64,000 nucleotides of DNA from Gammaproteobacteria bacterium (GTDB lineage: Bacteria > Pseudomonadota > Gammaproteobacteria > SZUA-140): assembly GCA_016218365.1 (NCBI GenBank), contig JACREF010000005.1, positions 130-64,129 of the forward strand, given 5' to 3'. Below the pieces are notes generated by a model. It did not search any database, was not told the origin of the DNA, and was given only the letters and a program-made list of their open reading frames with translations. Positions 49,417 to 60,194 of this stretch are shown in pieces; positions within the stretch are counted from its first letter, which is position 1, and every line of letters starts with the position of its first letter. A program made the translations under genes and the position numbers.

Positions 49417-49569
49417 ACTGCTGCCTCGGCATCGACGATAGGCGATTCCTTGCGACCAAGCATCGCGACCTTTTCAGGTATGATATCAAGGGCGACTACT
49501 TCATTGTGCTACGCAAGCAGCATGGCATTGGATAAACCGACATAGCCGGTGCCAGCGATGGCAATTTTC
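49417..49569 (-). pseudogene. ugd: 5' stump of UDP-glucose 6-dehydrogenase gene (ugd), ~50 codons, with in-frame TAG at codon ~21, truncated at repeat B
   Basis: Manual minus-strand translation [48 protein letters not shown] then reads into repeat B; matches Ugd N-terminus (E. coli [39 protein letters not shown]...SPIVD). Confidence 0.7.
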
Positions 49570-49629
49570 ATATCCTGCCTTTTTTGTGACTGAGCATCTG
49601 CCCTACCTGTGTATCACAATCGTGCCGGG

Positions 49630-50643
49630 TTACCTTGCTTGGGTTTTTGCCCGGTACTCTGTGTAAACTTTATTTAAACCGGCCTTCAAGGCTACACGAG
49701 CCTGCCAGCCCAGCCCCGATAAACGGGTGACATCCAGCAGTTTGCGTGGCGTGCCGTCCGGCTTGCTGGTATCAAACACCAGCTTGCCTGAGAAACCAAC
49801 GACCTCCTTGATCTGCTCGGCCAGCTCGCGGATCGTCAGGTCCTCGCCGCAGCCGACATTGACCAGTGGCAGCGTTGCAGGATTAACTTGTGAACTGAAC
49901 TGATCATCCGGCAGGTTCATCAGATAGACGCAGGCATCGGCCATGTCGTCGCTGTACAGGAACTCGCGGCGCGGTGTGCCGCTGCCCCACACCACAACCT
50001 CGTTGTCACCGCGCTGTTTGGCCTCATGCATCTTGCGGATCAGTGCCGGCAATACATGGGAGGTATTCAAATCAAAATTGTCGCCGGGCCCGTACAGGTT
50101 GGTCGGCATCACCGCCAGGTATTGGGTGCCATACTGGCGGTTATACGACCAGCACATCTCGATGCCGGCGATCTTGGCGATCGCATACGGCCGGTTGGTA
50201 GTCTCCAGCGGTCCGGTCAGCAGATACTCTTCCCTGATCGGTTGCGGGCAGTCACGCGGGTAGATGCACGAGGAGCCGAGAAACAGCAGCCGCTTGACGC
50301 CAACCCGCCATGCCTCATGGATGACATTGGTCTGGATTACCAAGTTCTGGTGGATGAACTCGGCCGGATAGGTGTTATTGGCGAGGATGCCGCCGACCTT
50401 GGCGGCGGCCAGGAACACGTAGTCCGGCCGCTGCGTTTCAAAAAATGCCCGCACCGCCTGCTGGTCGGTCAAGTCGAGTTCGGCGTGGCTGCGGGTGATG
50501 ATGTGGGTGTAGGGTGCCGTCCCCTCTCCCCGGCCCTCCCCCCGCAGGGGGGAGGGGGACGTAGCGGATGCCAGACGACGCAGCAAGGCCGAACCGACCA
50601 GGCCGCGGTGACCGGCGACATAGATGCGTGCATCCGGATTCAT
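49630..50643 (-). CDS. fcl: GDP-L-fucose synthase
   Basis: 337 aa collinear with E. coli Fcl ([41 protein letters not shown]); contains a ~17-aa in-frame low-complexity insertion near N-terminus. Confidence 0.9.
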   Translation of the reverse strand: MNPDARIYVAGHRGLVGSALLRRLASATSPSPLRGEGRGEGTAPYTHIITRSHAELDLTDQQAVRAFFETQRPDYVFLAAAKVGGILANNTYPAEFIHQNLVIQTNVIHEAWRVGVKRLLFLGSSCIYPRDCPQPIREEYLLTGPLETTNRPYAIAKIAGIEMCWSYNRQYGTQYLAVMPTNLYGPGDNFDLNTSHVLPALIRKMHEAKQRGDNEVVVWGSGTPRREFLYSDDMADACVYLMNLPDDQFSSQVNPATLPLVNVGCGEDLTIRELAEQIKEVVGFSGKLVFDTSKPDGTPRKLLDVTRLSGLGWQARVALKAGLNKVYTEYRAKTQAR

Positions 50644-50659
50644 CAGATGAGCCTACCCT

Positions 50660-51745
50660 TCACTCATGGTAATCAAACGCCTTGTAGCCGTGCTGTTTTA
50701 TCAAATCATCGCGCTCGGCGGCCTTCAGGTCGGCGCGCACCATCTCGGCGACCAGCTCCTTGAAGGTGATCTTCGGTGTCCAGCCCAGCTTGTCACGCGC
50801 CTTGCTCGGATCACCGAGCAGCGTCTCGACCTCGGTGGGGCGGAAATAGCGCGGATCGACCTCGACGATGCAGGCGCCGGTCTCGGCATCATAACCCTTC
50901 TCATCGACGCCGCTGCCCTGCCAGCGCATCTGGATGCCCAGTTCATGGGCGGCGGCATTGACAAAATCACGCACCGAATACTGCACGCCGGTGGCGATGA
51001 CAAAATCCTCGGGCTGGTCCTGCTGCAGCATCAGCCACTGCATCTCGACATAGTCACGGGCATGGCCCCAGTCGCGCAAGGAATCGAGGTTGCCGAGAAA
51101 CAACTTGTCCTGCAGTCCGAGCTTGATGCGCGCCATCGCCCGGGTGATCTTGCGGGTGACGAAGGTCTCGCCGCGCACCGGGCTCTCGTGGTTGAACAGG
51201 ATGCCGTTGCAAGCATAGATGCCGTAGGCCTCGCGGTAATTGACGGTGATCCAGTAGGCATACAGCTTGGCGACCGCATACGGCGAGCGCGGATAGAATG
51301 GCGTGGTCTCCTTCTGCGGGATCTCCTGCACCAGACCATACAGCTCCGAGGTCGAGGCCTGATAGAAGCGGGTCTTGTCCTCCAGGCCGAGGATGCGGAT
51401 CGCCTCGAGGATACGCAGCGCGCCGATGCCGTCGGCATTGGCGGTGTATTCCGGCTCCTCGAACGACACCGCAACATGGCTCTGCGCCGCCAGGTTGTAG
51501 ATCTCGTCGGGCTGCACCTGCTGGATGATGCGGATCAGATTGGTCGAATCGGTCAGGTCACCGTGATGCAGGATGAAGCGCCGGCCCTTGACGTGCGGAT
51601 CCTGGTATAGATGATCGATACGGTCGGTGTTGAACAGCGAGGCCCGGCGCTTGATGCCGTGGACCTCATACCCTTTTTCCAGCAGGAATTCGGCCAGATA
51701 GGCGCCGTCCTGGCCGGTGACACCGGTGATCAATGCCCGCTTCAT
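50660..51745 (-). CDS. gmd: GDP-mannose 4,6-dehydratase
   Basis: [30 protein letters not shown]..., canonical Gmd throughout. Confidence 0.95.
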   Translation of the reverse strand: MKRALITGVTGQDGAYLAEFLLEKGYEVHGIKRRASLFNTDRIDHLYQDPHVKGRRFILHHGDLTDSTNLIRIIQQVQPDEIYNLAAQSHVAVSFEEPEYTANADGIGALRILEAIRILGLEDKTRFYQASTSELYGLVQEIPQKETTPFYPRSPYAVAKLYAYWITVNYREAYGIYACNGILFNHESPVRGETFVTRKITRAMARIKLGLQDKLFLGNLDSLRDWGHARDYVEMQWLMLQQDQPEDFVIATGVQYSVRDFVNAAAHELGIQMRWQGSGVDEKGYDAETGACIVEVDPRYFRPTEVETLLGDPSKARDKLGWTPKITFKELVAEMVRADLKAAERDDLIKQHGYKAFDYHE

Positions 51746-51774
51746 GATGCCTGCTTCCAATTTGTTGTTACGGA

Positions 51775-51900
51775 TAATGTATGGGAAACTCTGATTAATT
51801 CAAAATTACCACAGCTGTCATTCCCGCGAAAGCGGGAATCCAGGTATTACAGGACGTTGTGGATGCCCGCTTCATGATGCCTGCTTCCAATTTGTGATTA
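51775..51900. mobile_element. MITE-like family 2, truncated copy b, flanked by ~35-bp direct duplication of the gmd start/leader (GCCCGCTTCATGATGCCTGCTTCCAATTTGT)
   Basis: Direct reading: left TIR and CATTCCCGCGAAAGCGGGAATCC hairpin present, right end replaced by repeat of 51740-51775. Confidence 0.65.
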
Positions 51901-51931
51901 CGAAGAATATATGCATTATAGCGCCAGTCTG

Positions 51932-52534
51932 TTACAGAATACCGCGTTGACGCAAACACTCCATGACCTGTTCAACGCACTGCTCTAACGTTGTCGAGGT
52001 ATCAACAACCAGCTCCGGATTCAACGGCTCTTCATACGGTGACGAGATGCCGGTGAACACCGGGATCTGTCCGGCACGGGCTTTTTTGTACAGCCCCTTG
52101 ACGTCGCGCTGCTCACAAAGCTCAAGGGTACATTTGCAATACACCTCGATGAAATCGCCGTGCAGCACCAGGCTGCGGACCCGCTCGCGGTCGGCACGAA
52201 ACGGCGAGATAAAGGCCGTCAGCGAGATGATCCCGGCCTCGAGAAACAGCTTGGCGACCTCGCCGATGCGGCGGATATTCTCCTGCCGGTCGGCATCGGA
52301 AAATCCGAGATCACCACACAACCCATGACGGACATTGTCGCCATCAAGCACGAAGGTCCGGCAATTGGTCGCGTGCAGCCGTTCCTCGACGGCATGGGCC
52401 AATGTCGATTTACCGGCACCGGACAGGCCGGTGAACCACAGGATGACACTCTTGTGGCCGTTCTGCTGCTCGCGCAAACGGCGGTCGATGACGGCCTGAT
52501 GCCAGACGACGTTGCTGCTCTTTTTATCCGTCAT
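51932..52534 (-). CDS. cysC: Adenylyl-sulfate (APS) kinase
   Basis: 200 aa; Walker [24 protein letters not shown]; stand-alone (no cysD/N nearby). Confidence 0.9.
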   Translation of the reverse strand: MTDKKSSNVVWHQAVIDRRLREQQNGHKSVILWFTGLSGAGKSTLAHAVEERLHATNCRTFVLDGDNVRHGLCGDLGFSDADRQENIRRIGEVAKLFLEAGIISLTAFISPFRADRERVRSLVLHGDFIEVYCKCTLELCEQRDVKGLYKKARAGQIPVFTGISSPYEEPLNPELVVDTSTTLEQCVEQVMECLRQRGIL

Positions 52535-52544
52535 AGTCCCTCGG

Positions 52545-52650
52545 GAAAATTGGGGTCAGAGACCAATTTTTGCTAATCCACGACACCCGATCATTATATC
52601 GATAAAAAATTGGTCTCTGACCCCAATTTTGCCAATTTTAAATTAATCTG
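52545..52650. mobile_element. Short MITE-like element with ~25-bp perfect TIRs (AAATTGGGGTCAGAGACCAATTTTT ... AAAAATTGGTCTCTGACCCCAATTTT), related to family 1 ends
   Basis: Direct reading. Confidence 0.6.
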
Positions 52651-52657
52651 AGTTTTC

Positions 52658-54121
52658 CTAATCTTTCCTGCCGTACATGTCATCGAAACGGACGATGTCA
52701 TCCTCGCCGAGGTAGCTGCCCGATTGCACCTCGATGATCTCCAGCGCCACGGTGCCGGGGTTCTCTAATCGGTGGGTCTCGCCGACCGGGATGTAGGTCG
52801 ACTGGTTCTCGGTCAGCAGGAACACCTCGCTACCGCGCGTGACGCGGGCCGTGCCGCGCACCACCACCCAGTGTTCGGCGCGGTGATGATGCATCTGCAA
52901 TGACAACCGGCTGCCGGGATGGACGGTGATGCGCTTGACCTGGAAGCCCGGACCGCTGTCGACGCCTTCGTAATAACCCCAGGGCCGAAACACCCGGCGG
53001 TGGGTCTGGTGCTCGGTACGGGCATCGTTCTTGATGCGCTCGACGATCTTCTTGACGTCCTGGGCGTGATCCTTGTGCACCACCAGCACCGCATCGGCGG
53101 TCTCGATGACGATGGTATCCTGTATCCCGATCGCCGCCAGCAACCGGCTGTCAGCCAGCAACAGACTGTTGCGGCTGTCGTGGGCATAGACATCGCCGCG
53201 CGTGACATTGCCCTGGGCATCGGCCGCGCCGACCTCCCACAAGGCCGGAAAGGAGCCGATGTCCGACCAGCCGGCCGCGAGCGGAATCACACAGCTGCGT
53301 AACCCGGCACCGGAACCCGCGCTGATCTTCTCCATCACGGCATAATCGATCGAGTCACTGTGGCAGGCGCGGAACTGTTCATTATCCAGCCGATAGAAAT
53401 CCCGATCCGGACTGCCATGTTGATAGCTGTGCAGACAGGCCTGATACATCGCTGGTTGCAGCTGCTGCATCGCCTGCAGCCACAGCGAGGCCTGCATCAT
53501 GAACATGCCACTGTTCCACAGATAGTCGCCGGACTGCAGATACTGCGTCGCGGTCGCGGCATCGGGCTTTTCGACAAAACGCTCGAGGGCAAAACCTGTC
53601 GAACCCGGCAGCGCCTGCCCTTTTCTGATATAACCATAACCGGTCTCGGCCCGCCGCGGCACGATGCCAAAGGTCACCAGATAGCCCTGCCCGGCCAGCG
53701 TCAGCGCCTGACACACGGCATCATGAAAGGCCGGCTGCTGCGTGATGACATGATCGGCCGGCATCACCATCATCACACTGTCGTGACCGGCCGCGGTGAT
53801 GTGCAGGGCGGCCAGCGTCAAGGCTGGGGCGGTGTTGCGGCCGACCGGTTCGAGGATGATTGCGGAGACTGCACTGCCCACCTGGCGAGCCTGCTCGGCC
53901 ACCAGGAAACGGTGTTCTTCATTGCACACGATCAGCGCCGGCAACACTGCCAGGCCCTGCGCGCAGCAGCTGTCGATGCCATTGAGCCGGGTCAGCGTGT
54001 CCTGCAGCAGACTGTTGTCGCCGGACAAGGTCAGCAACTGTTTCGGATAATACTCCCGCGACAGCGGCCACAGCCGGGTGCCGGCACCGCCGGACAGGAT
54101 GACAGGTTGGATCGGTTTCAT
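52658..54121 (-). CDS. manC: Mannose-1-phosphate guanylyltransferase / mannose-6-phosphate isomerase (bifunctional, cupin C-terminus)
   Basis: 487 aa; N-terminal ILSGGAGTRLWPLSR nucleotidyltransferase motif, C-terminal cupin (HHHRAEHWVVVRGTARV). Confidence 0.9.
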   Translation of the reverse strand: MKPIQPVILSGGAGTRLWPLSREYYPKQLLTLSGDNSLLQDTLTRLNGIDSCCAQGLAVLPALIVCNEEHRFLVAEQARQVGSAVSAIILEPVGRNTAPALTLAALHITAAGHDSVMMVMPADHVITQQPAFHDAVCQALTLAGQGYLVTFGIVPRRAETGYGYIRKGQALPGSTGFALERFVEKPDAATATQYLQSGDYLWNSGMFMMQASLWLQAMQQLQPAMYQACLHSYQHGSPDRDFYRLDNEQFRACHSDSIDYAVMEKISAGSGAGLRSCVIPLAAGWSDIGSFPALWEVGAADAQGNVTRGDVYAHDSRNSLLLADSRLLAAIGIQDTIVIETADAVLVVHKDHAQDVKKIVERIKNDARTEHQTHRRVFRPWGYYEGVDSGPGFQVKRITVHPGSRLSLQMHHHRAEHWVVVRGTARVTRGSEVFLLTENQSTYIPVGETHRLENPGTVALEIIEVQSGSYLGEDDIVRFDDMYGRKD

Positions 54122-54139
54122 AGTTCAGCTTCAGGCGTC

Positions 54140-54400
54140 AGTAAAAAATAAATTGGGGTCAGTAAATTGGGGTCAGAGTAGAATGGCACTTACTTAAGGA
54201 GGTAGCCGGCGGGTAGCCTGGGTTGAGCGACAGCGAAACCCGGGTTTCACTCCGTTCAACCCAGGCTACCTCCTATCAAAAACGCTTAAGTAAGTGCCAT
54301 TCGGGTCAGAGTAAAAACTCTCATCTCAAATATTCCTGACACAAATATGCCGCTAGAGTTTTTACTCTGACCCCAATTTTCCCCAATTTTCCAATTTTTT
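54140..54400. mobile_element. MITE-like family 1 (copy 4, full length with both TIRs and ~120-nt palindrome)
   Basis: Direct reading. Confidence 0.7.
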
Positions 54401-54479
54401 CATTTCTCCAACCTTACAAACAACAGGCCCCTGGCCGCGATCGGCCAGGGGCCTGTGGCTACATCTCTCTATCAGCGTG

Positions 54480-54809
54480 TCACTGACGTGGCGAGACCGG
54501 CACCTTGTCGTCGCTTGCCGCTGCCGTGTCAGCACGGTCCTTCTTCACCGTCAGCCGGGTCCGGTTCTGCTCCAGCATCACCTCACCAATGCCCTTGACG
54601 TTTTTCAGCTCGGCCACATCCTTGAACGGCCCGTTGGCCTTGCGGTAGGCGATGATCGCCTCGGCGCGTTTCTCACCCACACCGGCCAGTGTCGCCAAGG
54701 TGGCGGCATCGGCGGTATTGATGTCGATGACACGCTGATCAGCGGCGGCCCATAACGGGGTCACCGTCATGCACCACACCAGACTGCATACATACACTAA
54801 TTTATTCAT
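54480..54809 (-). CDS. comEA: ComEA-family helix-hairpin-helix DNA-binding protein (signal peptide)
   Basis: 109 aa; IDINTADAATLATLAGVGEKRAEAIIAYRKANGPFKDVAELKNVKGIGEVMLEQN. Confidence 0.8.
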   Translation of the reverse strand: MNKLVYVCSLVWCMTVTPLWAAADQRVIDINTADAATLATLAGVGEKRAEAIIAYRKANGPFKDVAELKNVKGIGEVMLEQNRTRLTVKKDRADTAAASDDKVPVSPRQ

Positions 54810-54875
54810 CGGCAGCTCCTTCTGCTAGGTTTATCCATGTTTCCCACCGGCCTGTACCAGACCGGCCAGGGCATT

Positions 54876-55610
54876 CTAGCCTATCACAGCACCGCTTGCC
54901 GCCCCAAGTGCCTGCATGACCTCGCGCTGGATACCCTCCAGTGCCGTCAGCGGCGCGGCCGCGCCGGTGATCGGCCGGCCGATGACCAGATAATCCGCAC
55001 CCGCGATGATCGCCTGCTGCGGCGTCACGATCCGCCGCTGGTCATCAGCCGCAGCGCCGGCCGGCCGGATACCCGGCGTCACCAGCAGAAAATCGCGGCG
55101 GCGTTCCGCACGCAGCTGCACCGCCTCCTGGGCCGAACAGACCACCCCGTCCAGGGCGCAGTCCTCGGTCAGTGCCGCCAGATGGCGCGCGGTATCAACC
55201 ACGGATCCCGCATAACCGGCCTCGGCCAGCTCGCCGTCGGTGTAACTGGTCAACACTGTCACCGCGATCAGCCACGGCCGCTGCCGGGCCGCTTCAACGG
55301 CCTCGCGGGCTGCCACCATCATCCGCCGCCCGCCGCTGGCGTGGACATTGACCATCCACACGCCGAGATCGGCCGCTGCCCGGCAGGCCCGCGCCACGGT
55401 GTTCGGGATATCATGAAACTTCAGATCAAGAAAGATCTCAAAGCCATTGTTCTGCAAGCGCTCCACCAGCGCCGGACCACTGCGGGTAAACAGCTCCTTG
55501 CCGATCTTCAGCCGGCAGAGCGCGGGGTCAAGCTGGCTGGCCAGCTCGATGGCGGACCCGGCTTCAGCAAAATCCAGCGCCACAATGATGCGCTTGTGCT
55601 CAGTGGTCAT
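54876..55610 (-). CDS. pyrF: Orotidine-5'-phosphate decarboxylase
   Basis: [28 protein letters not shown]; start MTTEHKRI ~55610 (ORF-track start is an upstream extension). Confidence 0.9.
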   Translation of the reverse strand: MTTEHKRIIVALDFAEAGSAIELASQLDPALCRLKIGKELFTRSGPALVERLQNNGFEIFLDLKFHDIPNTVARACRAAADLGVWMVNVHASGGRRMMVAAREAVEAARQRPWLIAVTVLTSYTDGELAEAGYAGSVVDTARHLAALTEDCALDGVVCSAQEAVQLRAERRRDFLLVTPGIRPAGAAADDQRRIVTPQQAIIAGADYLVIGRPITGAAAPLTALEGIQREVMQALGAASGAVIG

Positions 55611-56782
55611 GACCTCATCTCCTGGCGACGGCTTTCCGGATTCAGACGGACAGTGTTCCAGCGTCGGCACCCCGGACACTGCCAGCGCATCATATTACTG
55701 CTCAAACCGCATTCTGAACAAACATATAGAAATGTTTTTTCGACCACTGCCGAAAGTTGCAGACGGACGAACTGCTGCTCATCACTGAGCATCGACTGTC
55801 CGGCCGACCACTGCAGATAACGTAACATGCCGTAGGGTGACGGATGCTGCAACAGGTACTGCCGCAGCTCGGTGAGCCCATGTGTCAGACCGTCGACACC
55901 AATACGGTATTCGATATAGTCGAGCACCGGTTTCACCGCCGGCTGGGCCATCAGCAGCCTGATCATCGGGTCATCGGCCTCGACCCGCCGCCCGCGCTGT
56001 TGATGAAAGGCCAGCCACGGGGCGATGATCTCGGACAGCTGCTGCGGCGACTGCAGTGCGGCACGGCGATAGCCACGCACTGCCGCCCGCTCCCGCCCTG
56101 ACAGCTCGGCCAGCTGCACACCGAGCAAGCGGGCGCGCAGACAATGCCGATCATGACGCAGCGCGCGCCGCAACAACCGCCGGGCCCATATCAGGTCCCC
56201 GGCCGGCAGCTGCAGCACAGCCTGCTCACAATAATAATGCGCGATGACCTGTCCCTGGCCCTCACCATTGACCCCTTCGATCTTCTTCAAGACCGCAATC
56301 GCGGCCTCCCATTCCTTTTCCTGCTCATAGATCGAGTGCAAAAAACGCAAGGCCTGGACATTGCGCGGGTCCCGCTCCAGCAATTCGTTGAACAGACCTT
56401 CGGCGCGATCCAGCAGACCGGATTGCATATAGTCCTGGGCCAGTTCCTGCAGCGCCAGGTTACGCTGTTCACCCGTCAGTGATGGCCGCGCCAACAGGTT
56501 CTGATGGATGCGGATCGACCGGTCGACCTCACCGCGGCGGCGAAACAGGCTGCCCAGTGCAAAATGAGGCTCAATAACCGTGGTGTCAGCGTCTAGGGCG
56601 CGGACAAAGACATCGATGGCCTTGTCAGGTTGTTCATTGAGGAAATAGTTGATACCACGGATATAGTCGCGGGCCAGATCATAGCGTTGCAGGGCGCTGT
56701 CGCGCGGGATGACGCGCCGCGCCAGCCACCAGCTGCTCGCCGCGGCGAGCGGCAATAACAGCAGCCACCAGACGCTGATCAT
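55607..56782 (-). CDS. lapB: Lipopolysaccharide assembly protein LapB (TPR repeats + C-terminal rubredoxin-like metal site)
   Basis: 391 aa; N-terminal TM, TPR repeats, C-terminal [24 protein letters not shown]. Confidence 0.85.
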   Translation of the reverse strand: MISVWWLLLLPLAAASSWWLARRVIPRDSALQRYDLARDYIRGINYFLNEQPDKAIDVFVRALDADTTVIEPHFALGSLFRRRGEVDRSIRIHQNLLARPSLTGEQRNLALQELAQDYMQSGLLDRAEGLFNELLERDPRNVQALRFLHSIYEQEKEWEAAIAVLKKIEGVNGEGQGQVIAHYYCEQAVLQLPAGDLIWARRLLRRALRHDRHCLRARLLGVQLAELSGRERAAVRGYRRAALQSPQQLSEIIAPWLAFHQQRGRRVEADDPMIRLLMAQPAVKPVLDYIEYRIGVDGLTHGLTELRQYLLQHPSPYGMLRYLQWSAGQSMLSDEQQFVRLQLSAVVEKTFLYVCSECGLSSNMMRWQCPGCRRWNTVRLNPESRRQEMRS

Positions 56783-57078
56783 TGGCGTTCCGTCCCGGGC
56801 CGGTCAGCTGCTGTGTTGTTAGCACCTGCATCCGGCACGTCGCGCAACTGCCGCCGCAGGCCGCGCAGTTGCAACTGCAGCCGGATCACCCGCAGCAGGC
56901 CCAACAGTACGCCGATCATCATGCCCGCCACCAGCGTCAGCAACAACAGCCATGACAAGGGCAGCTGCCACTGTCCCCAGTAATAATCGAGCGTCACCGT
57001 GCCGGCATTCAGCAGCCCGAACAGCAGCGCCACCATGACGATGAACAGCACCAACAGCACCGCAATCATTCGCATCAT
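56779..57078 (-). CDS. lapA: Lipopolysaccharide assembly protein LapA (DUF1049)
   Basis: Start likely MMRMIAVLLVLFIVMVALLFG; two TM helices; precedes lapB with overlap. Confidence 0.7.
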   Translation of the reverse strand: MMRMIAVLLVLFIVMVALLFGLLNAGTVTLDYYWGQWQLPLSWLLLLTLVAGMMIGVLLGLLRVIRLQLQLRGLRRQLRDVPDAGANNTAADRPGTERQ

Positions 57079-57117
57079 GGATGAATCCGCGCAAGGTAGT
57101 GGTGGTATGGACTGATA

Positions 57118-57152
57118 ACAAAACAGCCCTTTTCGTAGCAACGAAAAGGGCT
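57118..57152 (-). terminator. Rho-independent terminator downstream of ihfB (CAGCCCTTTTCG-loop-CGAAAAGGGCTG + U-run on minus strand)
   Basis: 12-bp perfect stem followed by TTTTGTT on transcript strand. Confidence 0.7.
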
Positions 57153-57188
57153 GTAATTGTTACACACAACCAGACAGGGTGCGCAGGA

Positions 57189-57518
57189 TCAGTCGGTCAG
57201 ATCTGAATCCCGATCATCGATCTGCTGGATCGGGGCGGTACTGCTGTTGACCCGCTCCCGCAGCTCCTTGCCCGGCTTGAAATGGGGTACATACTTTCCG
57301 GTCAGCGGCACCGACTCGCCGGTCTTCGGGTTGCGTCCGACCCGCGGCGGCCGGTAGTGCAGCGAAAAGCTGCCGAAACCGCGGATCTCGATCCGCTCGC
57401 CGCTGGCCAGCGATTGCGCCATCTGCTCAATCATCGTCTTGATAGCAAACTCCACATCCTTGTACGACAGATGCTGCTGCTTCTGGGAAATGATCTCTAT
57501 CAATTCAGACTTGGTCAT
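57189..57518 (-). CDS. ihfB: Integration host factor subunit beta
   Basis: [68 protein letters not shown]. Confidence 0.95.
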   Translation of the reverse strand: MTKSELIEIISQKQQHLSYKDVEFAIKTMIEQMAQSLASGERIEIRGFGSFSLHYRPPRVGRNPKTGESVPLTGKYVPHFKPGKELRERVNSSTAPIQQIDDRDSDLTD

Positions 57519-57583
57519 CCATCTAGCCTCAAATGAACGAATGATCGCACCGCCTGCCCCCACCCTGCCGGAACAGAAACCCC

Positions 57584-59269
57584 TTATTTATCGTTCGCAC
57601 CCATCTGTTGCTTTAACAGATCGCCGAGTCGGGTCGTTGACACCCCGCCATCGGATGCCCGACCGTAATCCTTGACGGCCTGCGCCTCTTCATATTCATC
57701 CTTGGCCTTGATCGACAATACAATGGAATGGCCCTTGCGATCCACCCCCATGACCCGCGCCTCGATGCTGCTGCCGACGGTCAATGCAGTGCGGGCGTCC
57801 TCGATGCGTTCGCGGTTGATATCGCCGACCTTGACGTAGCCTTCGACATTTTCAGCCAGCGTGACCACCGCGCCCTTGGCGTCGACGTCCTTGACGGTAC
57901 CGGTGACGATGCTGCCCTTCGGATGCTCACCGACATAGCTTGAGAATGGATCCTGCTCGATCTGCTTGATACCCAGCGAGATGCGCTCGCGCTCGGCATC
58001 GATGCTGAGGATCACGGCGTCGATCTCGTCACCCTTCTTGTATTTCTGTACCAGCTCCTCGCCGCCGCCTTCGTTCCATGACAGGTCCGACAGGTGCAAC
58101 AGGCCGTCAATACCACCGTTCAGACCGACGAAGATACCGAAATCGGTGATCGACTTGATGACGCCCGACACCTTGTCACCCTTGGTATGGGTGGCGGCAA
58201 ATTCCTGCCACGGGTTGCTCTGGCACTGCTTGATGCCCAGCGAGATGCGACGCCGCTCCTCATCGATATCCAGGATCATCACCTCCACCTCGTCACCGAG
58301 GCTGACCACCTTGGAGGGGTGGATGTTCTTGTTGGTCCAGTCCATCTCGGAGACGTGCACCAGCCCTTCGACACCATCCTCAATCTCGACAAAGCAACCG
58401 TAGTCCGCGATGTTGGTGATCTTGCCGAACACCCGGGTGTTGACCGGATAACGACGCTTGATGTTGGCCCATGGATCCTCGCCCAGCTGCTTCAGGCCCA
58501 GCGACACACGGTTGCGCTCCTTGTCGAACTTCAGCACCTTGACATCGATCTCGTCGCCGATATTGACGATATCCGATGGCTGCTTGACGCGCTTCCATGC
58601 CATATCGGTGATATGCAGCAGACCATCGACACCGCCGAGGTCAATGAAGGCGCCGTAGTCGGTGAGGTTCTTGACCACACCCTTGATGACCTGGCCTTCC
58701 TGCAGATTCGTCAACAGCGCTTCGCGTTCGGCGCTGGATTCCTTCTCGACCACGGCACGGCGCGACACCACCACGTTGTTGCGCTGGCGGTCCAGTTTGA
58801 CAATCTTGAAATCGAGGGTCTTGCCTTCGAGGAAGCTGACATCGCGGACCGGACGGACATCGACCAGCGAACCGGGCAGGAAGGCACGGATATCGCCGAG
58901 TTCGACGGTGAAACCACCCTTGACCTTGCCGGTCAGGATGCCCTGGATGGTGACGTTCTTTTCCATCGCCTTTTCCAGTTCCACCCATTTCTGGGCACGT
59001 TTTGCCTTTTCACGCGACAACCGGGTGCCGCCGAAACCGTCTTCCAGCGCCTCCAGTGCCACTTCGATATCATCACCGACGCTGACCGTCAGCTCACCAG
59101 CCTCGTTCTTGAATTCTGCGACCGGAATCACGCTCTCGGATTTCAGTCCGGCATGGACGATGACAAAGTCATCACGGATCGCAACCACGGTGCCGGTGAT
59201 GATGGCACCATGCTTCATCTGCTGTTTGCTGAAGCTCTCTTCCAGTAATTGTGCAAAACTTTCGCTCAT
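57584..59269 (-). CDS. rpsA: 30S ribosomal protein S1
   Basis: 561 aa, six S1 domains, canonical sequence. Confidence 0.97.
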   Translation of the reverse strand: MSESFAQLLEESFSKQQMKHGAIITGTVVAIRDDFVIVHAGLKSESVIPVAEFKNEAGELTVSVGDDIEVALEALEDGFGGTRLSREKAKRAQKWVELEKAMEKNVTIQGILTGKVKGGFTVELGDIRAFLPGSLVDVRPVRDVSFLEGKTLDFKIVKLDRQRNNVVVSRRAVVEKESSAEREALLTNLQEGQVIKGVVKNLTDYGAFIDLGGVDGLLHITDMAWKRVKQPSDIVNIGDEIDVKVLKFDKERNRVSLGLKQLGEDPWANIKRRYPVNTRVFGKITNIADYGCFVEIEDGVEGLVHVSEMDWTNKNIHPSKVVSLGDEVEVMILDIDEERRRISLGIKQCQSNPWQEFAATHTKGDKVSGVIKSITDFGIFVGLNGGIDGLLHLSDLSWNEGGGEELVQKYKKGDEIDAVILSIDAERERISLGIKQIEQDPFSSYVGEHPKGSIVTGTVKDVDAKGAVVTLAENVEGYVKVGDINRERIEDARTALTVGSSIEARVMGVDRKGHSIVLSIKAKDEYEEAQAVKDYGRASDGGVSTTRLGDLLKQQMGANDK

Positions 59270-59289
59270 GTTAGTCCCCAGATCCGTCG

Positions 59290-59480
59290 CGGATCCGCTG
59301 TGCTGAATACTCAGCGGTTGATTGATATCTGCCTGAACATGTTATTCAGGCACCTCATGAAGCTCTGATCAATACGTCATTCCGGGCGCCGCCAGACGGC
59401 GACCCGGAATCCAGCACTTGCCGATCAGCAGGTTACTGGATGCCCGCATACGCGGGAATGACTACACAAATCAGCTCATC
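59290..59480. repeat. Cluster of GC-rich hairpins including variant family-2 modules (GTCATTCCGGGCGCCGCCAGACGGCGACCCGGAATCC; GATGCCCGCATACGCGGGAATGAC)
   Basis: Direct reading; similar variant at ~23495-23580. Confidence 0.55.
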
Positions 59481-59481
59481 C

Positions 59482-60183
59482 CTAACTACTGTGATGTCCT
59501 GCTAGACCACTGCGTTGCCATAGTTCGAGGATGCGGTCCACCACCTGTTCGACAGGGATTACCGTGCTGTCGAGCAGGATTGCATCATCGGCCATGCGTA
59601 ACGGAGCGGCCTGACGTGCGCCATCACGTGCGTCACGTCGTTCGATCTCGTCTAAAAGGGTGACTAGGTTAACATCGATCCCCTTTTCTTTCAACTGTTT
59701 ATACCGGCGCAGGGCACGTTCCTGCTGGCTGGCGGTAAGAAAAATCTTCAATTGTGCGCCGGGGAAGACCACCGTCCCCATGTCACGGCCATCGGCCACC
59801 AGACCCGGCGCCCGGCAAAACCCCCGCTGCCGGCCGAGCAGGGCGTCACGCACCGCCGGCAAGGCCGCGACCCGGGATGCCGCTGCCGCGACCTGTTCGC
59901 TGCGGATCTCGGCGCTGACCTCGACGCCCTCGAGCATGATCCGCCCCTCGTCGACGCCCCCGTCACTCTCGAAACGGACATCGAGCTGCCCGGCCAGCTG
60001 GCCGAGCGGCTGCTCATCTTCGAGGCTGATGCCATGCTGCAGCGCCGCCAGTCCGACCAGCCGGTACAAGGCGCCGCTGTCGAGAAAATGCCAGCCCAGC
60101 CGCCAGGCCACGAGGCGGCTGACGGTCCCTTTACCGGAACCGCTGGGTCCATCAACGGTGATCACTGGTGCCTGTGTGCCCAT
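59482..60183 (-). CDS. cmk: Cytidylate kinase
   Basis: True start [26 protein letters not shown] ~60183; ORF-track 5' extension runs through REP array and is spurious. Confidence 0.95.
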   Translation of the reverse strand: MGTQAPVITVDGPSGSGKGTVSRLVAWRLGWHFLDSGALYRLVGLAALQHGISLEDEQPLGQLAGQLDVRFESDGGVDEGRIMLEGVEVSAEIRSEQVAAAASRVAALPAVRDALLGRQRGFCRAPGLVADGRDMGTVVFPGAQLKIFLTASQQERALRRYKQLKEKGIDVNLVTLLDEIERRDARDGARQAAPLRMADDAILLDSTVIPVEQVVDRILELWQRSGLAGHHSS

Positions 60184-60194
60184 AGAGTCCCTAC

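Noticed and set aside
52540-52660. Short TIR element as a tRNA or small RNA gene
   Set aside because: No cloverleaf features (no GTTCGAATC T-loop, no acceptor stem); the structure is a simple ~25-bp perfect inverted repeat pair typical of MITEs
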